A DNA stretch of 64,000 nucleotides from positions 5,753 to 69,752 of the forward strand of contig JBBSEC010000003.1 of the NCBI GenBank assembly GCA_038240075.1, written 5' to 3'. Position 1 is the first letter of the stretch; each line of letters starts with the position of its first letter. Positions 25,289-34,064 of this stretch are shown here, piece by piece. The notes under the pieces are model-generated. The model did not search any database and was not told the DNA's origin. It was given only the letters and a program-made list of their open reading frames with translations. The stretch is from Acidimicrobiia bacterium (GTDB lineage Bacteria; Actinomycetota; Acidimicrobiia; IMCC26256; PALSA-610). A program made the position numbers and the translations under genes.

Positions 25289-26245
25289 TCAGCCGGCGAG
25301 CACGCGCGCGAGCGTCGCGGGCGAGATGTTGCGGCCGGTGATCACGACCGCGGTTGCGCCTTCGGACGCGATCGCGATCCGGGCGGTCATGAGCGCGGCG
25401 ACACCGACGGCTCCGGATCCCTCGGCGACGATCCCGTGCTCGTACGCGAGCAGGCGCATGGCCGCGGCGATGTCGGCTTCGGAGACGGTGACGACATCGG
25501 TGATCGTGCGCCGGATGAGATCGAACGTGACCGAACCGTCCTCGAAGTTGCCGGCCAGCCCGTCGGCGAGCGTCGGACCGGGCGTGATCGAAACCGGCGC
25601 GCCCGCGTCGAGCGCGCTGCGCATCGCCGGCGACTGCTCGGCCTCGGCACCGAAGACGCGAACCGCGTCGACGGTGGAAGCCGCGAGACCGATGCCCGAC
25701 GCGAGTCCGCCGCCACCGATCGGTGTGACGATCGTGGCGAGCCCGGGGATCTGCTCGAACAGCTCCATCGCGATCGTGCCCTGGCCCGCGATCACGTCGG
25801 GATCGTTGTACGGCGATACGTAGACCGCGCCTGCGTCGGCGAGCGCGATCGCGTGCGCTTCGGCCTCGTCGTAGCTCGTCCCGTGCCGCACGAGGTCGAC
25901 GGCGAAGCGCGCGATTGCGGCTTGCTTCGCCTCCGACGCGTTGGTCGGGACGACGACCGTGGCCGTCGCGCCGAGTCGGTCGGCCGCGTACGCGATTCCG
26001 AGGCCGTGGTTGCCTGCCGACGCGGTCACGATGGGCGTCGAGCGGTCACGCGCCAGCGCGGCGCTCACGGCGACGAGGGCGCCGCGAACCTTGAAGGACC
26101 CGGTCGGCTGCAGAGTTTCCAGCTTGAGCCAGACGTCGCGACCGAGCCGCGGCGCGGGGACGACGGGGGTCGCGGTGAGATGGCGGGACACGATCGCCGC
26201 CGCGGCCCCGATCTCCGCGGCCTGAGGTACCCGAACCGGTCGCAC
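25289..26245 (-). CDS. PLP-dependent serine/threonine dehydratase-like enzyme
   Basis: GTG at 26245-26243. LKLETLQPTGSFKVRGA (PLP lysine motif). The track ORF extends to 26371. Confidence 0.85.
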   Translation of the reverse strand: MRPVRVPQAAEIGAAAAIVSRHLTATPVVPAPRLGRDVWLKLETLQPTGSFKVRGALVAVSAALARDRSTPIVTASAGNHGLGIAYAADRLGATATVVVPTNASEAKQAAIARFAVDLVRHGTSYDEAEAHAIALADAGAVYVSPYNDPDVIAGQGTIAMELFEQIPGLATIVTPIGGGGLASGIGLAASTVDAVRVFGAEAEQSPAMRSALDAGAPVSITPGPTLADGLAGNFEDGSVTFDLIRRTITDVVTVSEADIAAAMRLLAYEHGIVAEGSGAVGVAALMTARIAIASEGATAVVITGRNISPATLARVLAG

Positions 26246-26373
26246 GGGTCCAAAACTAGGGCCGGGGCGTGCCGAGTGGGATGAGACGGGAATCGCTGCG
26301 TGCGATTGCCGCCGATCGCGGTCGCGGCCGCGGTTCACTGTCGTCCGGTGGGCAGACGCAGAGGGAGTCACAC

Positions 26374-26778
26374 GTGGTGGTCAAGCTCGACCCGAATGTC
26401 ACGCACAACCCGGTTGTCGTCGAGCACAGAGCTCGCCGCGCGGCCGATGTCCAGCTTCGAGTCGCCGACGCGATCACGGCGTTCGCGGGATCGATGCGCT
26501 TCGTCTACATCCACGCCGTCGGCTTCGCCATCTGGATGATCTTCGTCGAGAAGAACCCGTGGCCGAAGCTCACGCTCATCGTCTCGCTCGAAGCGATCTT
26601 CCTGTCGACGTTCGTCATGATCGGCCAGAACCGCGCGGCCTCGTTCCAGCAGGCGAAGGCCGACCACGACTTCGTCGAGCAGGAGCAGGAGCTGAAGAAG
26701 AACACCGAGCTCACGCAGGCCATCCACGAGCTGACGAAGGATGTGCACACGAAGCTCCTCGGCGAGCAGCAGGCCTAG
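26374..26778 (+). CDS. DUF1003-like membrane protein
   Basis: GTG 26374 follows GAGGGAG. ITAFAGSMRFVYIH...IGQNRAASFQQAKADHDF pattern. Confidence 0.75.
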   Translation: MVVKLDPNVTHNPVVVEHRARRAADVQLRVADAITAFAGSMRFVYIHAVGFAIWMIFVEKNPWPKLTLIVSLEAIFLSTFVMIGQNRAASFQQAKADHDFVEQEQELKKNTELTQAIHELTKDVHTKLLGEQQA

Positions 26779-26801
26779 CGCGCCGCCATCAAAGCGCGCC
26801 G

Positions 26802-27989
26802 CTACCGGTTCCGGCTCAGTCTCGAGCTCTCGCGGTCGGTCGACGTGCTGCCGATGCAGCGGTGGTTGGGGTTGGTGATGGTGAGGGTGGTGCCGTCGAA
26901 CGTCGCGTGCCATCCGGGTTTGTGGAGGACGTGGTGGTGGAAGTCGCATAAGAAGACGAGGTTCGCGATGACGGTCGTGCCGTTGGGGAACGGGTTGACG
27001 TGATGGACTTGGCCGTGGGTTCGGTCGCAGCCGGGATATCGGCAGCGACCGCCGTCTCGGTGCAGCACGGCTCTTCGGAGTGTGCGTGAGGGCCGGTAGA
27101 TCGCGGCACCGACGTCGAGGGGCGTGCCGTTCGCGTCGAGGACGATCAGTTGCAGTTTCGATTCGCACACGAGCCGGCTGACCTGGCTTTGGGTGAGGGC
27201 GAGATCGCCGGTCGTCTCATCGTTGCCGGTGAGGAGCGATTCGAGGGTGGCCGTGATGGTGATGTGAGGTCGTTCACCGTCTTCGGTCGGGCTTTCACCG
27301 CGGTCGAGGAAGTCCCGGCAGATGCGGCCGAGCGCGTCGGCACGCCGCTGCGCAGGAGTACGCGGGTCGTCGTCGCCGGGCTTATCGGTCGCGGCGTTGA
27401 CGGCGTGCTTGATCGTCGCGCCGAGCAGCCCGTCGAGATCACCCTTCAGCGCCCACCGGTCTGCGACTGGGGAGAGGTACACGCCGTTGGTGTCTTCGGG
27501 TGGTTTGTCGTCGAGTTCGTCGCAGCGGAGCTGGTAGTACCGGATCCGCGCGTCGAGCCCCCGGAAATCGGCCGCCTCCGCGAGTTGGACGAGGTCGTCT
27601 TCCATCGTCGCGTACACGGCTTCATGGTTCTGGCGGCGACCCAACGCGATCGTCGTCGCGGCACTCGCGGAGATCTCACCCTGAGCCCACGCTTTCGCGA
27701 CGAGGGGGAGGGTTTCGCATGCTTTCCCCGCGGCGAGGGAGATGCGCGCGTCGCGGAACCGTTGCCCGGTCTGGAGTTGCACCCACGCCGGCGTCGATGA
27801 TGCACCGTCACCCGAGGGGATCCCACGACCCGCAATCGCGACGAGTAGCCGTGCGGCGTATGCCTCGGCACGGTCGATCGCGCGGCGCGTTTCGATGTAG
27901 CGCTCCCGGATCTCCGAGTCGCACATGTCGCTCGGGTCGAGGTCGTCGACGACGCTCGTGAGGGCTGCGAGCATGCCCCAATTGTACAC
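26802..27989 (-). CDS. DUF222/HNH endonuclease (13E12-repeat-like) protein
   Basis: C-terminal HRDGGRCRYPGCDR...HHVNPF...NLVFLCDFHHHVLH HNH signature. Start is GTG 27989 or ATG 27974. Confidence 0.85.
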   Translation of the reverse strand: MYNWGMLAALTSVVDDLDPSDMCDSEIRERYIETRRAIDRAEAYAARLLVAIAGRGIPSGDGASSTPAWVQLQTGQRFRDARISLAAGKACETLPLVAKAWAQGEISASAATTIALGRRQNHEAVYATMEDDLVQLAEAADFRGLDARIRYYQLRCDELDDKPPEDTNGVYLSPVADRWALKGDLDGLLGATIKHAVNAATDKPGDDDPRTPAQRRADALGRICRDFLDRGESPTEDGERPHITITATLESLLTGNDETTGDLALTQSQVSRLVCESKLQLIVLDANGTPLDVGAAIYRPSRTLRRAVLHRDGGRCRYPGCDRTHGQVHHVNPFPNGTTVIANLVFLCDFHHHVLHKPGWHATFDGTTLTITNPNHRCIGSTSTDRESSRLSRNR

Positions 27990-28003
27990 CGAACACGTGT
28001 TCG
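27990..28003. promoter_or_regulatory. LexA SOS box (GAAC-N4-GTTC type)
   Basis: The minus strand reads TCGAACACGTGTTCGG immediately 5' of the HNH gene start. This is 11 of 12 positions of the TCGAAC-N4-GTTCGA form known for mycobacterial LexA. Confidence 0.6.
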
Positions 28004-28063
28004 ATAACAGGCAGAATATCCAGCAAATACAGGCCTAAATCGCGCTGCTCGGTGCAGAAGACG

Positions 28064-28171
28064 ATCATGATCGGCGACCCGGACCAGTACGGCGCGAACA
28101 CGAGCTTCGTGGAGCGCCAGAACCTCACGAGACGGATGGGCATGCGCCGCTTCAAGCGATTGACAACGGCT
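28064..28171 (+). pseudogene. relic of a DDE (IS1-like) transposase C-terminal segment
   Basis: IMIGDPDQYGANTSFVERQNLTRRMGMRRFKRLTTA matches the (S/T)TS(Y/F)VERQNLTMRMxMRRFTRLTNAFSKK block that I recall from IS1-like transposases. There is nothing transposase-like on either side. The local GC drops. Confidence 0.4.
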
Positions 28172-28272
28172 CGCGAAGCCTCCGTGATCCGTGTTCCAGA
28201 TCGCCGAACTGGTCGACGAACGGTTCGGATCGGGGATGGCATGGCGGACATGGGAGCAGGCATCATGCGCTC

Positions 28273-28728
28273 GTGGAAACGGAACGCAGTGGACAGTCGA
28301 ACGTCGTCGTCTTCCGGTCGTCTGTGCCCCATCGCGCGTTGCTTGCCGCTTGTTTCGGCATCATGCTCGTCTACGCAGTCGCTTCCGTCGAGGGGACGGA
28401 TTTCCCCGCGGTCGTCGTAGGCATCGCGCTTTGCGCCGCGATTGCGTGGGTCATCGTCGCCGTGTTGCGTTCCGCCGTCCTGGTCGATGACGCGGGATTC
28501 GTCGTGCGATTCATGCTGACCAGGCGTGTGCCGTGGACGGAACTCCGTGAGGTTCACATCCGTGGCAATGGATTTGGCTCGTTCGTCAAGGTCAAGACCA
28601 CTCGCTGGCCGAGGTCTCGGACGCTGCCAGTTGGGTCGAATGGATTCGGACGTCCTCGCAAGGACTCGCCCGTCCTCCGCCTCGCCGGAGCGCTCAGAGC
28701 GCATCTCCCACCACCGAGCTCAAACTGA
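28273..28728 (+). CDS. membrane protein with bacterial PH-like domain
   Basis: 151 aa. Two hydrophobic helices, then VLVDDAGFVVRFMLTRRVPWTELREVHI. Confidence 0.55.
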   Translation: METERSGQSNVVVFRSSVPHRALLAACFGIMLVYAVASVEGTDFPAVVVGIALCAAIAWVIVAVLRSAVLVDDAGFVVRFMLTRRVPWTELREVHIRGNGFGSFVKVKTTRWPRSRTLPVGSNGFGRPRKDSPVLRLAGALRAHLPPPSSN

Positions 28729-28775
28729 GCCGCGACCCACAGACAGGCGCCGCGCCGACGGAAGTATCGTTCGGC

Positions 28776-29429
28776 GTGCCCGCGCTGATCTTCGACTACG
28801 ACGGGTTGCTCGCCGACACCGAGGAGTTGGCGGCGAGGGTTCTCGTCGAGCTCCTGGCCGCGCGCGGGGTCACCACCGACTTCGCGACCATGGCGCCACA
28901 TTTCGGGTCGACCGGGCCCGACAACGACGCGGCGTGGGATCGACAGTTGAAGAGCTGGCTCGGCGCCGACGCCGACGCATCCGGCTTCGAGACCTCGGCG
29001 TGGGAGCAGATCGAGGCGCGGCGCCACGAAGTGCCGTTGTGTGCGGGCGTCGCGGAACTGCTCGACGCGGCAGAACGCGCGGGCTGGCAGGCTGCGATCG
29101 GAACCGGTCAGGCCCGCGCGAGGCTCGATCACCATCTCGGCCACCTCGGCATCCTCGACCGGTTCGACGTGATCGTCACGGCCCCCGAGGTCGCGCACGG
29201 CAAGCCCGCACCCGACGTCTTCCTCGAAGTCGCCCGTCGCCTCGGGCGCGACCCCTCGGAGTGCGTGGTCTTCGAGGACTCGCTTCCCGGGTATCAAGCC
29301 GCGCTCGCGGCCGGCATGTCGGTGGTCGTCTGCCCGTGCGCGGTCACGCGGCACACGACCTTCCCGCCCGAGGCGCGCGTGGTGGCGACGCTCCACGAAG
29401 TCAGCCTCGACGACCTTGCGGTGCGCTGA
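28776..29429 (+). CDS. HAD family hydrolase
   Basis: LIFDYDGLLADTE (DxD motif I) and FEDSLPGYQAALAAGM. Confidence 0.9.
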   Translation: MPALIFDYDGLLADTEELAARVLVELLAARGVTTDFATMAPHFGSTGPDNDAAWDRQLKSWLGADADASGFETSAWEQIEARRHEVPLCAGVAELLDAAERAGWQAAIGTGQARARLDHHLGHLGILDRFDVIVTAPEVAHGKPAPDVFLEVARRLGRDPSECVVFEDSLPGYQAALAAGMSVVVCPCAVTRHTTFPPEARVVATLHEVSLDDLAVR

Positions 29430-29460
29430 CCTACGATCGCCCGACCGGGGGAGGTTGCGC

Positions 29461-29961
29461 ATGCGTGAGCATCGTTATTCGTTCGAGATGCCGCATTCGG
29501 CGGCACGGATCTGGGCGCTGTTCCAGGACTACGACCGCTGGACCGACTACGCGCCGATGGTCAAACGGGTCGACGTGCTCTGGCCCGGCGACGAGCAGCA
29601 CAACGGCCGGCTTCGACGCGTGATCTACAAGATGCCGATGGGCCGTGAAGGTTCTGCTCTCGAGCTCGTCAGCGACGTGCAGGCCGAGCGCGGCTACACG
29701 TACACGATGATCTCGGGCACACCCGGCAACGACCAGATCGGGCACGTTCGGCTCGAGCCCCTCGGACCGAACCGCACCCGCTTCGAGTTCGACGAGCGCT
29801 ACAACATCCAGAAGGCGCCGTTCAAGTGGTTCGAAGGACCGATCTACAAGTTCATCAACAAGAACAACGAGGACAGCATGCGTCGCGCGTCTTCGTGGCT
29901 CAGCGCGCATCCCGAATACCGCTCCGACCTCGGCGATCAAACGGCGCATGACGCCACCTGA
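29461..29961 (+). CDS. SRPBCC family protein
   Basis: ATG 29461 follows [35 protein letters not shown] is a typical SRPBCC N-terminus. Confidence 0.75.
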   Translation: MREHRYSFEMPHSAARIWALFQDYDRWTDYAPMVKRVDVLWPGDEQHNGRLRRVIYKMPMGREGSALELVSDVQAERGYTYTMISGTPGNDQIGHVRLEPLGPNRTRFEFDERYNIQKAPFKWFEGPIYKFINKNNEDSMRRASSWLSAHPEYRSDLGDQTAHDAT

Positions 29962-30763
29962 CCCCTACGCCGCGTTTCCGAGCCTGCGCTTCGAGCGACC
30001 CGACCCGGGTGTGCTGCGCATCGTGCTCGACGGGCCGCGCCTGAACGCGGTCGACGCCGCGATGCACCGTGAGCTCGCCGACGTGTGGCTCGCGGTCGAC
30101 CGCGATCCCGAGACGCGTGTCGCGATCATCACGGGCGCGGGGCGCGCGTTCTCGGCCGGTGGCAGCTTCGAGCTCATCGACGACCTCGTCGGCGACTACG
30201 CGGTTCGCACCCGAGTGCTGCGCGAGGCGCGCGATCTGGTGATGAACATCATCAACTGCTCGAAGCCGATCGTCTCCGCGATCCACGGCCCCGCGGTCGG
30301 TGCCGGCCTGGTTGCCGCACTCCTCGCCGACATCTCGGTGACGAACCGCACCGCTCGCATCATCGACGGTCACACGCGTCTGGGCGTCGCGGCGGGGGAT
30401 CACGCGGCGATCTGCTGGCCCCTGCTGTGCGGGATGGCGAAGGCCAAGTACTACCTGCTCACCTGCGAGACGCTCTCCGGTGAGGAAGCCGAGCGCATCG
30501 GCCTCGTCTCGGTGTGCGTGAACGACGACGAAGACGTGCAGGAGCGCGCGCTCGAGATCGCGCGCGGCCTCGCCGGCGGTGCGCAGGCCGCGCTGCGGTT
30601 CACGAAGCACGCGCTCAACCACTGGTACCGCATGCTCGGCCCGGTGTTCGACTCGTCGCTCGCGCTCGAGTTCTACGGGTTCGGCGGCCCCGACGCGATC
30701 GAGGGCCTAGCCGCGCACCGGGAGAAACGAGAGCCCCGCTTCACCGGCCCGACCAGCGAATAG
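29948..30763 (+). CDS. enoyl-CoA hydratase/isomerase family protein
   Basis: 271 aa. [12 protein letters not shown]...[10 protein letters not shown] crotonase motifs. Confidence 0.9.
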   Translation: MTPPDPYAAFPSLRFERPDPGVLRIVLDGPRLNAVDAAMHRELADVWLAVDRDPETRVAIITGAGRAFSAGGSFELIDDLVGDYAVRTRVLREARDLVMNIINCSKPIVSAIHGPAVGAGLVAALLADISVTNRTARIIDGHTRLGVAAGDHAAICWPLLCGMAKAKYYLLTCETLSGEEAERIGLVSVCVNDDEDVQERALEIARGLAGGAQAALRFTKHALNHWYRMLGPVFDSSLALEFYGFGGPDAIEGLAAHREKREPRFTGPTSE

Positions 30764-30778
30764 AGCGAGGAGCGCGTC

Positions 30779-31594
30779 GTGACCGACCCAGATCCGTCCG
30801 TGGTGCAGATCGAATGGCCGCGGCCGGGTGTCGCGCTGCTGCGCCTCAACCGTCCCGAACGGCTCAACGCGTTGAGCCAAGACCTGGTCGCCGCGATCCC
30901 GGCCGCGCTCACGACCGTCGCGGCCGATCGCGCGTGCCGGGTGATCGTGCTGACCGGTGCCGGCCGGGGGTTCTGCGCGGGTCTCGACCTGCAGGCGACC
31001 ACGAGCTCCGTCGACGGGTTCGGGCGGGGTCCGGCGAGCATGCTCGAAGGTCAGGAGCGGTTCTCGTCGATGATCGCGACGCTGCGATCGCTGCGCCAAC
31101 CCGTGATCGCGGCGGTCAACGGGCCGGCCGCCGGCGCGGGCCTCGCGCTGGCGCTCGGGTCGGATATTCGCATCGCGGCGCGCTCGGCGCGCTTCCACGT
31201 CGCGGCCGTGAAGCTGGGTCTGTCGGGCGGGGAGTGCGGGATGAGCTATCTGCTGCCCCGTCAGATCGGATCGGCGCGGGCGTTCGAGCTGCTGCTCACG
31301 GGCCGGCCGTTCGGCGCCGACGAAGCCGAGCGCATCGGCCTGGTCGCGCGCGTCGTTCCCGACGACGAGTTGCTCGAGGCCGCGTTCGAGATGGCGGCCG
31401 CCATCGTTGCCAACAGCCCGCTCGCGGTGTGGCTGACGAAGCAGGTGGTGTGGTCGAATCTCGACGCCGCGAGCTTCGAGTCGGCGATCGAGCTCGAGAA
31501 CCGCACGCAGGTGCTCGCCTCGACGAGCCGCGACAGCGCGGAAGCGATGCGCGCATTCGTCGAGAAACGGCCGGCGGTCTTCAGCGGGGAGTAG
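30779..31594 (+). CDS. enoyl-CoA hydratase/isomerase family protein
   Basis: 271 aa. LTGAGRGFCAGLD...AVNGPAAGAG. Confidence 0.9.
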   Translation: MTDPDPSVVQIEWPRPGVALLRLNRPERLNALSQDLVAAIPAALTTVAADRACRVIVLTGAGRGFCAGLDLQATTSSVDGFGRGPASMLEGQERFSSMIATLRSLRQPVIAAVNGPAAGAGLALALGSDIRIAARSARFHVAAVKLGLSGGECGMSYLLPRQIGSARAFELLLTGRPFGADEAERIGLVARVVPDDELLEAAFEMAAAIVANSPLAVWLTKQVVWSNLDAASFESAIELENRTQVLASTSRDSAEAMRAFVEKRPAVFSGE

Positions 31595-31989
31595 CGCCGC
31601 GCTGCGTGCGCCGACGGAGCAGATCCTTCAGCGGCCGCCGCCGCGGTTTGTCGTCGAGGGTGTTGTGACCGAATCGGAACTCGAGGTACAGCTGCTTCAC
31701 CGCACCCGCGAGCGGAGTCGCGAACAGCGCGCCGGGGATCCCGCCCGCGGCTCCGCCGATCAGTGCGGCGAGCATCGTCGTCGGTGGTGACAGGTCGACG
31801 GCCTCACCGACGATGGCCGGTTGAATCACGTGGTTCTCGAGGTTCTGGTACAGCAGGTAGAGCATGAGGCACACGACACCGATCGTGACGCTCTGGCTCA
31901 CCGCGAGCACGGTGAAGGACGCGCCGCCGAGGAAGCCACCCACCTGCGGGAATCAGGTCGGTGATGACCATCCGCGGCCGCAGCGTCAC
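31581..31989 (-). pseudogene. AI-2E (PerM/UPF0118) transporter remnant, 5'-truncated and frameshifted
   Basis: Only the C-terminal ~120 aa is present (VGGFLGGASFTVLAV...YQNLENHVIQPAIVGEAVDLSP). The motif just upstream (VITDLIP) is in another frame (track ORF 31804..31989). No N-terminal two thirds. Confidence 0.6.
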
Positions 31990-32036
31990 CCTGATGTCTC
32001 ACGACGCCGGCCAGCACCCTGGGTCGAAACGGCTGC

Positions 32037-32082
32037 TTGGTACTGCACCTATGTCGTATGCGTAGAAAGTGCAGTACCAGGG
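32037..32082. repeat. family-2 palindromic element, copy 2
   Basis: TTGGTACTGCACCTATGTCGTATGCGTAGAAAGTGCAGTACCAGGG. The first 27 nt and the last 14 nt are identical to copy 1. An 11-bp outer stem is kept. Confidence 0.7.
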
Positions 32083-32188
32083 ACCGTTTGGACCGCGGTG
32101 AACCGTGCGGCACGAGCGGGCGGTCGGCACGCGGGCTGGCCTCGGTGGGGTCTTGGTGAGTGCATGCGCTCCGAAGACGGTTCCTTGG

Positions 32189-32575
32189 TCAGCCGTGGTG
32201 CTCGTCGTACGCGCGCACGAGCTTGCGCGGCGCCTGTGACCGCCACGCATCCGTGATGAGCTCGACGAGCTCGTCGGCGTCGATTGCGGGCAGGCGCACG
32301 AGCACCGCGGGGAAGCCGTTGTAGTGCGGCTCGGTGAAGAACTTCTGCGGGTCGGCGGCGAGCAGCGCTTCCTTCTCGTCGCGGTTCGCCACCCGCACCG
32401 CGAGCACGTCGGGCCGGGGAACGCGCGGCTTCTTCGATTCGGGGCGTTCCATCCACACCCACGCGAACCCCTTCTCCTTCGCGCCGTTGCGCACCGAGAA
32501 CGCGAAATGCCCGAATCCTTCGGTGGTGTCGGGCAGCGACAACGCGATGCGGCGAACGTCGTTCTGATCAGCCAT
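32189..32575 (-). CDS. MmcQ/YjbR-family protein (second paralogue)
   Basis: ATG at 32575-32573 (MADQNDVRRIALSLPDTTEG...). C-terminal part of shadow ORF 32189..33250. Confidence 0.8.
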   Translation of the reverse strand: MADQNDVRRIALSLPDTTEGFGHFAFSVRNGAKEKGFAWVWMERPESKKPRVPRPDVLAVRVANRDEKEALLAADPQKFFTEPHYNGFPAVLVRLPAIDADELVELITDAWRSQAPRKLVRAYDEHHG

Positions 32576-32580
32576 CCTGG

Positions 32581-33141
32581 TCAGCCATCGCCGTCGAGTC
32601 TGCATCGGTACAGATCCCGCAGCAGTGCGATCTCCGCGGTGTGATGGACGAACTCGTCGTGGATGTGCTCGATGAACGACGCGACCGGATCGTCGCCGAA
32701 GGGAGCGGCTTCTGGTCCGAGCGGCTCCCAGAGTCGCGGCTCCGGCACGGCCGCGATGTCGTGCTTCCAACGCTCGATCGAGCGATCCCACACGACTCGC
32801 GCGTCCGACGCGGTCGACGGCACCTGTGACGGCGGCACATTGTTCTCCTTGCCGCCCTCGAACGCGACGGCGCGCAGGCCGTGCTCGCTGAGCATCGAGC
32901 AGACATGCACGAGTCGCCACGCGATCGTCGTCACCGGCGCGGGCTCGGGCGGTGGCCACTCCCAATCGACGACGTAGGTGTCGCCGTCGATTCGGATGCT
33001 CCAGCAGTTTGCCACTGGCTGCCACAGGTACTCGTCGTCGGTGAGCCCGTCGAGACGTTCGGTCGCGCGGGCGGCGTAGTAGTCGAACCACCCGATGAAC
33101 AGCTCGCGCAGAGCCGGTTGCCGCGACGCGTTGTCGGTCAT
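32581..33141 (-). CDS. DinB family protein
   Basis: 186 aa. LTDDEYLWQP...HIHDEFVHHTAEIALLRDL four-helix DinB pattern. Confidence 0.8.
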   Translation of the reverse strand: MTDNASRQPALRELFIGWFDYYAARATERLDGLTDDEYLWQPVANCWSIRIDGDTYVVDWEWPPPEPAPVTTIAWRLVHVCSMLSEHGLRAVAFEGGKENNVPPSQVPSTASDARVVWDRSIERWKHDIAAVPEPRLWEPLGPEAAPFGDDPVASFIEHIHDEFVHHTAEIALLRDLYRCRLDGDG

Positions 33142-33590
33142 GCTGCGGCGAAGAGTTGGCGGGCGCGGTCGGAGACGCGGTCGATGTCGGCGGCATCGAG
33201 CGCGGTGCCGGCGGTGAACATCGCGACCTGCAGCGCGGGTCCGTGGACACCGATGCTGCGCATCTGCTCCTTTGTCACCGGCTGCACGACGTAGTGGATG
33301 TGCACCGGAACGCCACCGGCGTGCGACCAGAGGCAGTTGTAGACCTGCTCGGATTCGACCAGCTGCGCGGCAACCACCGACGCGTCCCGCAACAGCGGAC
33401 CGAGCTCGACCGCCTCGTCATCCGAGAGGTCGGCGACCAGGGTCACATGCCGTTCGGGCTTGACGATCAACGTTCCGAGACCGAGCGGTCCGATGCAGTG
33501 CTCGACTCGCCAGTGCGCGGTGCGGTGGATCAAACCACCGGGCAGCGGGAGGCGACCGTCCGAGAGCGCGCACGCCATGCAGTCGTCCAT
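33138..33590 (-). CDS. HIT family protein
   Basis: 150 aa. GGVPVHIHYVVQP histidine triad. Confidence 0.85.
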   Translation of the reverse strand: MDDCMACALSDGRLPLPGGLIHRTAHWRVEHCIGPLGLGTLIVKPERHVTLVADLSDDEAVELGPLLRDASVVAAQLVESEQVYNCLWSHAGGVPVHIHYVVQPVTKEQMRSIGVHGPALQVAMFTAGTALDAADIDRVSDRARQLFAAA

Positions 33591-33859
33591 CCCTGCAGCA
33601 TTCCACGTCGCCCGCGACCAGTCGGGGGAAGGGGGAGTCTGGTCGCGGGCGACGGGAATGGCTCATGGGCGGGCGAGGATCCTCCGCCGGCCGTCCAGCG
33701 CGTCCTGCCATTGGGCGACGGGGCGACCACGCAGGTACGCGGGAGCGGCGGCGGGTTTGGTGAATCGATGCGTGTGCATCACGAGCAACGGCAAGCGGGG
33801 GGGAACGGACGAGGGACGGTTACTGGTCTCTACGGTGGCGGTGAGTCGTTCGGTTCGCA

Positions 33860-34064
33860 TCACGTAGAGATCGCGTTCGCGAATCTCGGCGACGCGTGCG
33901 AGGAGCGCGTCGAGGTCGTCGTGCACCGAGAGGTGCCGGCCCGACAGCGTGTTGGCGTCGCCGGCCGCGATACGCAGCATCAGCTCGACCGCCTGCTCCG
34001 GGTTGGCTCCGCGTCCTTCGACGGCTGCCCACCACTCGTCGGTCCTCGACCAGGACGAATCCAA
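33860..34064 (-). pseudogene. possible C-terminal fragment of an SDR-type gene
   Basis: WWAAVEGRGANPEQAVELMLRIAAGDANTLSGRHLSVHDDLDALLARVAEIRERDLYVMR resembles the C-terminal tail of some actinobacterial SDRs (from memory). There is no Rossmann part upstream. Confidence 0.3.

Noticed and set aside
28052-28420. The 122-aa track ORF considered as an intact gene.
   Set aside because: Only about 36 residues resemble a transposase block. The rest is Arg/Ser-rich with no similarity and overlaps the start of the next plausible gene.
16670-32082. The two family-2 elements considered as attL/attR of a 15-kb integrated element.
   Set aside because: There is no integrase, excisionase, or phage or conjugation gene between them. 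The content is ordinary metabolic genes, and I saw no compositional shift. The elements are palindromic hairpins, not simple direct repeats at a tRNA.
32233-32256. GTGACCGCCACGCATCCGTGA (V-T-A-T-H) considered as another family-1 fragment.
   Set aside because: It lies inside the well-supported minus-strand MmcQ-like gene and encodes its conserved C-terminus. The similarity is short and lacks the CGCATGCG core.
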